The notes under the pieces: generated by a model
The model's input: the letters and a program-made list of their open reading frames with translations, nothing else
Told to the model about the DNA's origin: nothing
The model's database searches: none
In this document: in pieces, positions 49,641 through 59,485 of the stretch
Layout: each line of letters opens with the position of its first letter
Numbering within the stretch: the first letter of the stretch is position 1
Position numbers and translations under genes: made by a program
From: Candidatus Competibacteraceae bacterium
Lineage (GTDB): Bacteria; Pseudomonadota; Gammaproteobacteria; Competibacterales; Competibacteraceae
Length of the DNA: 64,000 nucleotides
Assembly: GCA_027492875.1 (NCBI GenBank)
Contig: JAPUDV010000078.1
Location: 665-64,664 of the forward strand
Direction: 5' to 3'

Positions 49641-52337
49641 TCAGTGTAGCGGCAAGGACACATGCAAAACTCCGGGATCGTCAAACATAGCCTGGATCTT
49701 GAAATTGAGCGCCCGATTAAGCCGAAGCATCGACTCGTTCTCTCGCAACACTTCCCCATACAACTCCTTGATGCCGAGCTTTCTGGCGTACTCGATGATG
49801 TAGCGCATCAGCATCGGTCCGAGCCCGATTCCGGTCATGGCCCGATCCACCAGAATTGAATATTCGGCCCTTTCCATGTCCGGGTCGGCGTTGCAGCGGA
49901 CCACGCCCCAGATCTTGGTTTTACCCGGCACACCATCGGGCTCGGTCATGGCGATCGCCATTTCCCGGTTGTAGTCGAGCTGGGTCAGGCGGGCGGCCAT
50001 ATCGTGCGACAGCTCGCGGATTGGCTGGAAGAAGCGCATTCGCACGTCCTCGGCCGGCATGCGCCGCACCAAATCGATAATTTGCGGCTCGTCCTCGGGC
50101 AGGATCGGCCGTATCAGGAACCTGCGGCCATCGGGTAGTTCGTAGAGTTTTTCCAGCTCCTTCGGATAAGGCAGAATCGCCAGCCGCTGGCCGACGGCGG
50201 TTGGATCGACCGGCTCGACCAATACGTTGGCGTCCAGCGCCAGCAAGCCGTCGCCATTGATCCAGAACGGGTTGATGTCCATCTCCACGACCTCGGCCAG
50301 ATCGACCACCATCTGAGAAACCTTGATCAGGGTCAGGGCGATTTCATCCAGGTCGACCGGCCGGCCGCGGTTGCCGTGAAGCTGGCGGTACAGGCGGGTC
50401 CGCGACATCAGGTCGCGCGCCAGTTGCATGTTCAACGGCGGCAACGCATAGGCCACGTCGTCGATCACTTCGGCTTCGGTGCCGCCGTGGCCGAAGAAGA
50501 TGACCGGCCCGAAGCGGCGGCCGGTGCGCACGCCGACCATCAATTCGTAAGCGCCGTGTCGGGATTGCATCGATTGCACCGCGAAACCGTCGATCACCGC
50601 CTCGGGCGCAAGTTCGCGCACCCGCGCCAGCATGTCGCTGGCGGCGACCAGCACCTGTAGTGGATTGTTCAGACCGAAGGCCACGCCGCCCACTTCGGAT
50701 TTATTGGCGATGTCGGGCGAGAGGATCTTGAGCGCCACCGGAACCTTCAGCTCCAGGGCCATTTCGCTGGCCGCTTCCGGCGTGGACGCAAAATGCAGCG
50801 GCGCCACCGGGATTTCGTAGGCGCTCAACACCTGACTGGCTTCGTAGGCGTTCAACCGGCGCCGGCCAGCGGTCAGGGCAATCTGGATGATGCGGCGGGC
50901 GGTTTCGGTATCGGGCGTAAACTCCTCCGGAATCGAGGGCGGGGTCTCCATCAGCAGTTCCTGGTTGCGCCGGTGCTGGGCCAGGCGCATGAAGGCTTCC
51001 ACCGCTTCGCCGGGCGCCTGATAGGTGGGAACGTGCGCGGACTTGAACAGATCGCGCGCCGATTGCACCGACGACTCGCCGATCCAGCAGGTCATGATCA
51101 GCCGCCGGCCGCCGGCGCGCTCGACCAGGGCTCGCGCGCTTTCCATCGAGCGATCCACCGAGGAGGGCGCATGCACCACCAGCACCCCGTCGGTACCCGG
51201 CTCCTTCAACAACAAATCCAGCGCCTTGCCATATTCTTCGGCCCCGGCCATGTCGCCCAGATCGACCGGGTTTTCGATCGGATAGCCGGGCCGACAGGTG
51301 CGCGCCACCTGCTCGCAGGTCTCTTGGCTGATCCGAGTCAGATGACCACCATGACGCTGCAGGGCATCGCTGGTCAGCAAAGCCAGGCTATAGCTGTTGC
51401 TGAGGATGGTGAGGCGGTTGCTGTAAACCGGTTTGGCGGTGGCGAGGGTTTCGGCGGCGCCGAACAATTGCTCGATATGATCCACCCGCAAAATGCCGGC
51501 CCGCTGGAAGACGGCATCGTACACGGCATCCTCGACTGGCCCGGTCCGAAAATCGCGCGGCTTGAGCACGATCACCGGCTTGACGCGAGCGGCGGCGCGG
51601 GCGGCGGAGACGAACTTGCGGCGGTTGCGGGTATTTTCCATGTACATCAGGATGGCGCGGGTATGAGGATCCCGCAGCAGGTAATCCAGCAAATCGCCGA
51701 AATCCACATCCCAGCGCATGCCCACCGAAATCACATGGGAAAAACCAATATTGCGACTGGTGGCCCAATCCATCAGGCTACGCATCACCGCGGCCGACTG
51801 GCAGAGCAGGGCAATGTGGCCCGACAAGGGCCGGCTGGCGCTCAAACTGGCGTTGACGTTAGCCGCCGGCACTGCATAGCCGAGATGATCCGGACCCATG
51901 ACGCGGAGCAGATACGGCTTGGCGGTGGCCAGTATCCTCTGTTTCAAACTCTCGCCCTCATCCGCATACTTGCGGGAGATTTCCGGACCGAGCAGCGCTG
52001 CCTTGCCGCCGCGATGATCCTGCAAAATTTCCCGGCTGAGCAGCAACGCCGCCTTGGTTCCCCGCGCGCCCAACTGGCCGATCAACTCCGGGGCATCTTC
52101 GACCGGCGTGGTCAAAATGGCCAGATCGGGCACCAGCGGCAAGCTGCCGATATCGCGATAGGCCAGCACGCCGGAGACGGCCTGCTGGTCCGGGTTGACC
52201 GGCATCACCGGCCCCTTGAACCCGCCCTCGATCAGATTGAATTCCACGGTGGCATCGAAGCCGCCCGCCTGCTTGCCCCGGCCGATGACGGCGATGGAGC
52301 GCGGTTTGAACAGGTACTCGAGATTGCGAATGGTCAT
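49641..52337 (-). CDS. patZ: Protein lysine acetyltransferase (NDP-forming acyl-CoA ligase-like domains plus C-terminal GNAT)
   Basis: LEYLFKPRSIAVIG, ENPVDL, ATP-grasp PVALKILSPDI.NKSEVGGV, GNAT AEYSILV...GIGLG..LM...GEVLREN..ML.L. Confidence 0.9.
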   Translation of the reverse strand: MTIRNLEYLFKPRSIAVIGRGKQAGGFDATVEFNLIEGGFKGPVMPVNPDQQAVSGVLAYRDIGSLPLVPDLAILTTPVEDAPELIGQLGARGTKAALLLSREILQDHRGGKAALLGPEISRKYADEGESLKQRILATAKPYLLRVMGPDHLGYAVPAANVNASLSASRPLSGHIALLCQSAAVMRSLMDWATSRNIGFSHVISVGMRWDVDFGDLLDYLLRDPHTRAILMYMENTRNRRKFVSAARAAARVKPVIVLKPRDFRTGPVEDAVYDAVFQRAGILRVDHIEQLFGAAETLATAKPVYSNRLTILSNSYSLALLTSDALQRHGGHLTRISQETCEQVARTCRPGYPIENPVDLGDMAGAEEYGKALDLLLKEPGTDGVLVVHAPSSVDRSMESARALVERAGGRRLIMTCWIGESSVQSARDLFKSAHVPTYQAPGEAVEAFMRLAQHRRNQELLMETPPSIPEEFTPDTETARRIIQIALTAGRRRLNAYEASQVLSAYEIPVAPLHFASTPEAASEMALELKVPVALKILSPDIANKSEVGGVAFGLNNPLQVLVAASDMLARVRELAPEAVIDGFAVQSMQSRHGAYELMVGVRTGRRFGPVIFFGHGGTEAEVIDDVAYALPPLNMQLARDLMSRTRLYRQLHGNRGRPVDLDEIALTLIKVSQMVVDLAEVVEMDINPFWINGDGLLALDANVLVEPVDPTAVGQRLAILPYPKELEKLYELPDGRRFLIRPILPEDEPQIIDLVRRMPAEDVRMRFFQPIRELSHDMAARLTQLDYNREMAIAMTEPDGVPGKTKIWGVVRCNADPDMERAEYSILVDRAMTGIGLGPMLMRYIIEYARKLGIKELYGEVLRENESMLRLNRALNFKIQAMFDDPGVLHVSLPLH

Positions 52338-52518
52338 GAAGGGGTCTCACGCGAAGGTCGCCGCCGGGGCGCACCGATGGGTCGAAGCGGAATGCCGATA
52401 TGGTAACGCGATTCCCCCGGCCTGGACCCTATCGCGGACCTGATTGCCATGCCGGCGCCATGGATTTTCCCTACAATCGAACCGACCTGAAACTCACTGT
52501 CCCCTGGAGACCATCGGC

Positions 52519-54282
52519 ATGACCTGGACAACGATACGCAAAACGCTGTCACCCGATGAACCGGCGCCGAACCCGATCGATGAAGAAGCGGTGCGCGCCG
52601 GCTTCTCCTGGGAGACCGCCCGCGCCGAACTGGCCGGATTGCCCGGCGGCGGATTGAATATTGCCTACGAGGCAGTGGACCGCCTGGTCCAGGACGGCTT
52701 GGGCGAAACCGTCGCGCTGCGCTGGCTGGGCAAAAACGGCGAGCGGCGGGAATACACCTACGCCGAACTGGCCCGCTCGAGCAATCGCTTCGCCAACCTG
52801 CTGGAGCGGATGGGGGTCGGCAAGGGCGACCGGGTTTGCGTTCTGGCCGGCCGCATCCCCGAACTGTATGTGACCGCGCTGGGGACCCTGAAGGCTGGCG
52901 CGGTGTTCTGTCCGCTGTTTTCCGCCTTCGGCCCGGAACCGGTGCGAGTGCGCCTGATCAAGAGCCGGGCGCGACTACTGGTAACGACCTCGCTGCTTTA
53001 CCAGCGCAAAATTCAGCCGCAGCGCGACCAATTGCCCGATCTGAAACATGTGCTGTCGGCCGATGGCGGCGGTGACGAATCTGGCGTGCATTCCTTTCAC
53101 GCCCTCATGGAAGCCGAATCGGATCGGCGGGCGCCACCCACCACCCTGCCGGAAGACCGGGCGCTGCTGCATTTCACCAGCGGCACCACCGGCACCCCCA
53201 AGGGCGCGGTTCACGTTCACGACGCCGTGGTCGCCCATCGCCTGACCGGCCGCCAGGTACTGGACCTGCGGCCTGGGGATATCTATTGGTGCACGGCGGA
53301 CCCTGGCTGGGTCACGGGCGTGTCCTACGGCATCATCGCCCCGCTGACTAACGGCGCGACCCTGGTGATCGACGAGGCGGAATTCGACGCCCGCCGCTGG
53401 TACGCCATCCTCGAACGGGAGCGGGTCAACATCTGGTACACCGCCCCGACCGCAATCCGCATGCTGATGAAGGCCGGCGCCGCCGCGGCGCGCGGACACG
53501 ATCTGAGCGCGCTGCGCTTCATGGCCAGCGTCGGCGAACCGCTGAACCCCGAAGGCGTGATCTGGAGTCTGGAAACGCTGGGTCGGCCGTTCCACGATAC
53601 CTGGTGGCAAACCGAAACCGGGGCGATCATGATCGCCAACACCCGTGGCCAGGACATCCGGCCCGGCTCCATGGGCCGACCGCTGCCGGGCATCGAGGCC
53701 GCCATCGTCCGGCGGCGACTGGACGGCGGCGTGGATTTGCTGGAACCGGACGAGGAAGGCGAGCTGGCCCTGCGGGCGGGCTGGCCCTCCATGTTCCGCG
53801 ATTACCTGGAGGACGAGGCGCTCTATCGGCAATGCTTCGCCGCCGGCTGGTATCTCAGCGGCGATTTGGCCACCCGGGACGCCGACGGCTATTTCTGGTT
53901 CCTGGGCCGCGCCGACGACGTGATCAAGACTTCCGGGCACCTGATCGGGCCGTTCGAGGTGGAGAACGCGCTGATGGGACATCCGGCGGTGGCCGAGGCC
54001 GGCATGATCGGCAAGCCGGACGACTACGCCGGCCAGATCGTCAAGGTTTTCGTGGCGCTCAAGACCGGTCATGCGCCCAACGATACGCTGCGTCGGGAGC
54101 TGCTCGGTTTTGCACGCGACCGGCTGGGACCGGCGGTGGCGCCGCGCGAGCTGGAATTCATGGCCGATCTGCCCAAAACCCGCAGCGGCAAGATCATGCG
54201 CCGGCTGCTGCGCGCCCGGGAACTGGGACTACCGCTAGGCGATCTATCGACGCTGGAAAACAACGAAGGGACCGAACCCTGA
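52519..54282 (+). CDS. acsA: Acetate--CoA ligase (AcsA-like)
   Basis: [67 protein letters not shown]. Confidence 0.9.
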   Translation: MTWTTIRKTLSPDEPAPNPIDEEAVRAGFSWETARAELAGLPGGGLNIAYEAVDRLVQDGLGETVALRWLGKNGERREYTYAELARSSNRFANLLERMGVGKGDRVCVLAGRIPELYVTALGTLKAGAVFCPLFSAFGPEPVRVRLIKSRARLLVTTSLLYQRKIQPQRDQLPDLKHVLSADGGGDESGVHSFHALMEAESDRRAPPTTLPEDRALLHFTSGTTGTPKGAVHVHDAVVAHRLTGRQVLDLRPGDIYWCTADPGWVTGVSYGIIAPLTNGATLVIDEAEFDARRWYAILERERVNIWYTAPTAIRMLMKAGAAAARGHDLSALRFMASVGEPLNPEGVIWSLETLGRPFHDTWWQTETGAIMIANTRGQDIRPGSMGRPLPGIEAAIVRRRLDGGVDLLEPDEEGELALRAGWPSMFRDYLEDEALYRQCFAAGWYLSGDLATRDADGYFWFLGRADDVIKTSGHLIGPFEVENALMGHPAVAEAGMIGKPDDYAGQIVKVFVALKTGHAPNDTLRRELLGFARDRLGPAVAPRELEFMADLPKTRSGKIMRRLLRARELGLPLGDLSTLENNEGTEP

Positions 54283-54398
54283 TATTAGTAGGTTTATTCT
54301 AACCGTTGCGGGTAAGGTATGTTGCCATACGCGATCAGGAACTTGTGGAGTCGCATCACCGAGAATGGTTGCTTTTTCAAATGATCGATGCGACACTT

Positions 54399-54415
54399 AT
54401 GTTGCGGCGCAACAT
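54399..54415. promoter_or_regulatory. Perfect inverted repeat upstream of the ACP gene (candidate TF site)
   Basis: ATGTTGCG-G-CGCAACAT in an AT-rich intergenic region. Confidence 0.45.
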
Positions 54416-54478
54416 GCCGCCATACAACATTTTTTACAGGGTTTGAGCGCGCCTTACCCCGCGCAAGAGGAAAAATCC

Positions 54479-54742
54479 ATGAGCATCATAAGCAGAGAGA
54501 AAATTCGCGAAACGATCCTTCGCACCCTTGGCGATGTCATCCCGAACGCCGATACCCAGGCGATCAACCCCGACATCAGCTTTCACGATCAATTCGAACT
54601 GGACTCGATCGACTTCCTGCGACTGATGATGAACCTGGAAAAAGAAACGAACGTGACCATCTTCGATTTCGACTACCCGAAACTGTCGACGCTGAAGGGG
54701 TGCGAGCACTATTTGGTCGAACGGCTGGTGCCAATGGCCTGA
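54479..54742 (+). CDS. Acyl carrier (phosphopantetheine-binding) protein
   Basis: FELDSIDF phosphopantetheine Ser motif; DYPKLSTL.GC..YL; GAGGA RBS. Confidence 0.88.
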   Translation: MSIISREKIRETILRTLGDVIPNADTQAINPDISFHDQFELDSIDFLRLMMNLEKETNVTIFDFDYPKLSTLKGCEHYLVERLVPMA

Positions 54743-54848
54743 CTGGGACGGCGGCGTCCTGCCATTCCGATTGGGGCGCGGTTGCAACCAGTGGCCCCGA
54801 AAGCTTCTATCCAGCGAGAACGTGTCATATCTGCGGATGTTCCCCGCT

Positions 54849-55151
54849 CTAAAGTCGATCCACCTCGACCACATCGTACAGGCTAACCACAGGCAGGGCT
54901 TCCAACACCAGCCCCACAAACTGGCTCACCAGCTCCCGGAAGTGGGCGCTCTGGTAATGCCGCTCCAACGCCTCCTGGTCGGCCCAGTACCCGACGATTA
55001 ATAATAAGTCGCCGTTCGCGATATCCTGATAACAGCCGTAATCCAGGCATCCGGATTCGGCGCGCGAACGCACGGTCAGTTCCCGCGCTAAGTCCAGCAA
55101 CTCTTGCCGGGCTTGGGGACGCGACTCAAATCTTGCAACAGTCATCAGCAT
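54849..55151 (-). CDS. Antibiotic biosynthesis monooxygenase (ABM) domain protein
   Basis: SRAESGCLDYGCYQD...YWADQEALERHYQSAHF. Confidence 0.85.
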   Translation of the reverse strand: MLMTVARFESRPQARQELLDLARELTVRSRAESGCLDYGCYQDIANGDLLLIVGYWADQEALERHYQSAHFRELVSQFVGLVLEALPVVSLYDVVEVDRL

Positions 55152-55455
55152 GGATGCGTCCTGCGTACGCCCAGTTTCACCATTCCACGGACTCGGACCG
55201 ACGGCGGGCAAGTACGATGCGGTACCCGAAATGAAGAAGACCGATCCAACGGGGGATCGGTCATCATGTCGCATGGGATTTTAGGGTGTTGCTCTAAACT
55301 AGAATCCTAGAATCGACGATGTACGGTAGTTTCATCGAACTTCCCGAATCCATCGCGCAATCCCCCTTTGGCGGTTTTCGGCCAGGCATTATCATTTTAC
55401 CCAGTCATTTTTTAAAGTTTTCTTCGGATTCCGCCACCGCCGCAACCCCGACAAC

Positions 55456-55515
55456 AAAAAAGCCCCAGACTGGGGAAACCGCCATTAATTCTAGTACTGG
55501 CACGACCTTGGCGAT
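55456..55515 (-). ncRNA. Candidate ~60 nt small RNA or attenuator leader
   Basis: TTGCGT-16-TATAAT followed by a GCGCGC discriminator; 5' AUCGCCA pairs with UGGCGGU; ends in a CCCCA-GUC-UGGGG hairpin plus U6. Confidence 0.35.
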
Positions 55516-55646
55516 GCGCGCATTATACCGACTGCGCCTGATCACGCAACCCCTGGATAAGTGAAACACCCCCATCACGAACTTGGCCGCGCACGGGTTC
55601 GAACCCTGCTGGACACAGGGCTAAATGCCCTCTAACCGCTACAAGG

Positions 55647-56198
55647 TCACAACGATCGAGCCCACGTTATCCATTTTTTCACCACCAGCGCCGCCAGCCT
55701 GATCAGCGCCGCCGTGCCCGCCAGCAGCGATAATGGTCTTTCACCGCCCACCAGTGCCCGCGTGCGCTCGAACAACCTGGACTTGGTTTCATCGGCGATG
55801 CTCAGCGACGGCCCTTGCTGGAAAGCGAAAAAGTCCTTGACGTTCAGCCCGTCTATCAATACCGCCAGCAAACCGGCCAAGCGGATAATAAACCGCGATT
55901 CGCCCAATTTAGAAAGATGTTGACAAGCGGTCATGAACACGAAATAGATCGTACCCGAGAAGAGCACGAACACTCCGCCGATCAGCAACATCCGCCCCCA
56001 GTCCAGCCAACACCACGGTCAGCGCCGGCAGGGGTAGGTATTTCATCCAGAAGAAATACAGACGCACGCGCGGCTCGCCGCTTGCCGTGCGGGTTGGCCA
56101 CCCATCGTCCGGCGCGGCCGAAGCCTCCAGGACGAAACCGCCCGGCGCAAATCACCCCATCAGAGCAACAGGGCCAGCAACCACCCGCCCGACTTCAA
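55647..56198 (-). pseudogene. Decayed thioredoxin-like/membrane (glutaredoxin-CcdA-like) protein gene
   Basis: Fragments in different frames: signal with internal TGA (KSGGWLLALLL*), EPRVRLYFFW, LPALTVVLAGL, RMLLIGGVFVLFSG.IYF.FM, NVKDFFAF..G.SLSI. Confidence 0.6.
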
Positions 56199-56215
56199 GC
56201 GCGACACGGCGGGAT

Positions 56216-56860
56216 TCAGGGTTCGAGCCGCTCCAGCAGCCAACCGCCCTCTTCCCGCGCGCGATAGCGCAGCCGGTCGTGCATCCGACCGTGGCGACCC
56301 TGCCAAAATTCCAGCAGGTCCGGTTTGACTCGGTAACCGCCCCAATGGAGGGGCATTGGAATATCATCGTCCGAATACTGCACGGCCAGTTGCTCGAAGC
56401 GCTGGTCCAGCATTTGGCGGCTGGCCACCACCTGACTCTGCCGCGAAGCCAGCGCGCCCAGCCGGCTTTCGTGCGGCCGGCCGCGGAAATAAGCTTCCGA
56501 TTCGGCGGTGGGGATCCGGCTGACCGCGCCCTCAATCCGCACTTGCCGTTCCACCTCCAGCCAAAGAAACACGAGAGCGGCCCAGGGATTTTCGGCAATC
56601 TGCCGGCCCTTGTCGCTGCGGTAGTTGGTAAAGAACACGAAACCGTCGGCATCGCACGCCTTGAGCAGTACCACACGCGCGTAGGGGCGTCCAGTCCGGT
56701 CGGCGGTAGCCAGGGTCATGGCGTTGGGTTCAGGCAGTTGCGCGGCGATGGCTTCCTGCATCCAGCGCTGAAACTGCCGGATCGGATCAGGGTCCACATT
56801 GGCCTTGGTCAAGATACTCAAGGAATAATCCTGACGCAGTTCGGCAAGGGATTGGCTCAT
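56216..56860 (-). CDS. pdxH: Pyridoxamine 5'-phosphate oxidase
   Basis: LRQDY, EPNAMTLAT, RVVLLK, FFTNYRSDKG, RQVRIEG, WGGYRV, EFWQGR..RMHDR. Confidence 0.97.
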   Translation of the reverse strand: MSQSLAELRQDYSLSILTKANVDPDPIRQFQRWMQEAIAAQLPEPNAMTLATADRTGRPYARVVLLKACDADGFVFFTNYRSDKGRQIAENPWAALVFLWLEVERQVRIEGAVSRIPTAESEAYFRGRPHESRLGALASRQSQVVASRQMLDQRFEQLAVQYSDDDIPMPLHWGGYRVKPDLLEFWQGRHGRMHDRLRYRAREEGGWLLERLEP

Positions 56861-57109
56861 GATGGCGATTCCGGTTTCCCGTGGCAGGTTGGCAAAAACG
56901 GCACGATTATATCCAAGGTTGGGCTGCTGCTTCCGCAACCGTCAGGCTAATTGGCCGGCGCTGGCGCGGCTGTCGTCGCGGCGGCGCGGGATGCATAGTA
57001 TTATCGAGCGCCATCCAAATGTTGGTTCGATCCCGATGCGCTTCACCGCTGCAAGCGCAACCTCACCCCCGTTGCTGCCAAGGGCGAGGAACAACCCGAT
57101 GATCAGGGC

Positions 57110-57203
57110 ATGAACTTCATCGGTGCCTGGGGACTATGAAACCCGCGTGGAGAATCGCTTCCGGGACAACAAGTTTTTCTTCGAGTTCGTGACGGCATTC
57201 TAG
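57110..57203 (+). pseudogene. Possible 3' remnant of an outer-membrane beta-barrel gene
   Basis: MNFIGAWG / +1 shift in a G run / DYETRVENRFRDNKFFFEFVTAF*, ending in Phe. Confidence 0.3.
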
Positions 57204-57287
57204 CGGCGGGGCCGCCAGCTCACGCGGAGGCGACGAAACATCGCTTTCCGGCCCGAATATAGCGCTCCCAAATTAGTTGTGAAGTCT

Positions 57288-57330
57288 CCCCGCCTTGGCC
57301 AAGGCGGGGTGGCGCGTAGCGCCGGGGTGG
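57288..57330. repeat. Perfect 22-bp palindrome within a REP-like element
   Basis: CCCCGCCTTGG-CCAAGGCGGGG (57288-57309) followed by TGGCGCGTAGCGCCGGGGTGG. Confidence 0.7.
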
Positions 57331-57399
57331 TTCGAAACGGCGATTCCACAACCCGGAGAGGAACGCTATATCAATAAATCTGTTATCGTTTGATCGCTC

Positions 57400-58917
57400 A
57401 TGCCCGCCATCCTGCTCTCGACCCTGAATGCCCGCTACTTCCATGCCTCGCTCGGGCTGCGCTACCTGCTGGCCAACCTGGGTGAGTTGCAGGCCGACGC
57501 CGCCATCCGCGAATTCATCATCACCCAGCGACCGTTGGACATCGCCGAGGCACTGCTGGCCGAACAGCCGCGCCTCGTCGGTTTTGGGGTCTATATCTGG
57601 AACGCGGTGGAAACCACCCAGGTGGTCGCCCTGCTCAAGCAGGTGCGGCCGGATCTGATCGTGGTGCTCGGCGGTCCGGAGGTGAGCCATGAATGGGATC
57701 GGCAACCGATCATCGAACTGGCCGACTATCTGATCGCCGGTCCGGGGGATTTGGCGTTCGCGCAACTGTGTCGGCGGATCCATGCGGGGAATCCACCGGA
57801 CGAAAAAATCATCGCCGCCGAACTGCCACCGCTGGATCGCTTGCTACCGCCGTACCGGTTCTACACCGACGAGGACGTCGCCCGCCGGTTGATCTACGTC
57901 GAGGCTTCGCGCGGCTGCCCGTTCAAGTGCGAATTTTGCCTGTCGGCGCTAGACAAAACTGCTTGGCCGTTCCCGCTGGAGCCCTTCCTGACCGAACTCC
58001 AGACGCTTCATCAACGCGGCGTGCGCCATTTCAAATTCGTGGACCGCACCTTCAACCTGAACGTCAAGACCTGCACGCGAATTCTGGATTTCTTCCTGGA
58101 GCGGCTGGACGAACGGCTGTTTCTGCATTTCGAACTGATTCCCGATCACCTGCCAGAACCGCTCAAGGCACGAATCGCGCGATTCCCGCCCGGCTCGCTG
58201 CAATTCGAAATCGGGATTCAGACGTTCAACCCCACCGTGCAGGCGCTAATCAGCCGCCAACAGGACAACTACAGGACGGTGGAAAACCTCGTCTGGTTAC
58301 GCCGGAACACCCACGCTTATCTGCACGTCGATCTCATCGCCGGCCTGCCGGGCGAAGATCTGGCCAGCTTCGCCACCGGCTTCAACCAGTTAGCGGCATT
58401 CGACCCGCACGAAATCCAGATCGGCGTGCTCAAGCGACTGCGCGGCGCGCCGATCCATCGTCACACCGCAAGCTTCGACTGCCGCTATAACCCACATCCG
58501 CCCTACAACCTGCTGTGTTCGGCGACCCTGGATTTCGCGACGATGCGGCGGCTGGAGCGCTTTGCCCGCTACTGGGATTTGATCGGCAATTCCGGACGAT
58601 TCCCGCAAACCCGTCCGCTGCTGCTGGGCGACGACCCGTTCGGCCGGTTTATGACCTTGAGCGACTGGCTATTTGCCACCACCGGACAAACCCATCAGTT
58701 CGCGCTGGAACGGCTGTTCGACTGGCTATACCAGGGGCTGGTCAAGGTGCTGGGTGCTACCGAGTCGGCCGCACGGGCGGTACTGGCAGCGGACTATCAA
58801 GCAAGCGGCGCGAAAAGCTACCCCGCGTTCCTGCGGCCAGATCGGTTTTCAGCCAGCGATGGGAGCGGCAAGACTTCCGAAATCGCCGCTCTCACTCGAC
58901 AGATGCGGCACCGGTGA
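57400..58917 (+). CDS. B12-binding radical SAM protein with DUF4080-like C-terminus
   Basis: TLNARYFHASLGLRYL, GFGVYIWN, LGGPEVS, EASRGCPFKCEFCLS CxxxCxxC, FVDRTFN, DLIAGLPGE. Confidence 0.9.
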   Translation: MPAILLSTLNARYFHASLGLRYLLANLGELQADAAIREFIITQRPLDIAEALLAEQPRLVGFGVYIWNAVETTQVVALLKQVRPDLIVVLGGPEVSHEWDRQPIIELADYLIAGPGDLAFAQLCRRIHAGNPPDEKIIAAELPPLDRLLPPYRFYTDEDVARRLIYVEASRGCPFKCEFCLSALDKTAWPFPLEPFLTELQTLHQRGVRHFKFVDRTFNLNVKTCTRILDFFLERLDERLFLHFELIPDHLPEPLKARIARFPPGSLQFEIGIQTFNPTVQALISRQQDNYRTVENLVWLRRNTHAYLHVDLIAGLPGEDLASFATGFNQLAAFDPHEIQIGVLKRLRGAPIHRHTASFDCRYNPHPPYNLLCSATLDFATMRRLERFARYWDLIGNSGRFPQTRPLLLGDDPFGRFMTLSDWLFATTGQTHQFALERLFDWLYQGLVKVLGATESAARAVLAADYQASGAKSYPAFLRPDRFSASDGSGKTSEIAALTRQMRHR

Positions 58918-59180
58918 AGAGCGGATTTTAAGAGCATGGATTCGCGTTTATCATCGTATAAAAATTCTACTCTCTATGTAGAGAAGCTATAGCGTTCCCA
59001 AATCAGTTATGAACATTCCCCTTGTATGTTTGAAGCGAGGTAGCGTTTTCCAGAACGTGGCAGTGGGTTTCCCCTCTGGGACTCAGAAGCTGTGAAAAAA
59101 CTCAATTACCTAAGCTGCCTCTAAAGCAGCCCCTTGTAATAATGCTCGCTCTTTACAAATTCTTCGCAGCATGAGTCGAA

Positions 59181-59485
59181 TTGAGGCCATATAAACATGA
59201 CGAACATATTCAAATTCCTCACAAAAAACCACGGCCGTCAAAAAAGAATCCTGCTCCTCGGTTGATCCCTAAGCAAAAACGGGAAAATCGCCGGGTCGGA
59301 CGGGTTCGTGTACGGGTGGAACATGCGATCGGCGGTATGAAAACCTTTCGGATATTGACCATTCGTCTGCGAAACCACCTGAAGCATTTAGCCGATGACT
59401 TTATCTTTGTGACTGCTGGCCTCTGGAACCTCAAAAACTCATTTGTCGCTCAGTAAGTTAAGACATCTTTACTGATGGAAACTCT
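59181..59485 (+). mobile_element. 3' remnant of an IS5-family (DDE_Tnp_4-type) transposase with probable right end
   Basis: QIPHKKPR...KQKRENRRVGRVRVRVEHAIGGMK.FRIL..RLRN...AGLWN; AT-rich; N-terminal catalytic part absent. Confidence 0.75.

Noticed and set aside
50793-52406. 537 aa plus-strand ORF
   Set aside because: Antisense shadow of patZ
55591-55615. GGGTTCGAACCC as a tRNA T-arm or att site
   Set aside because: No acceptor, D or anticodon arms can be built on either strand, and no integrase is nearby
57322-57350. GGTTCGAAAC as a tRNA fragment
   Set aside because: No cloverleaf; it lies at the edge of the palindromic repeat
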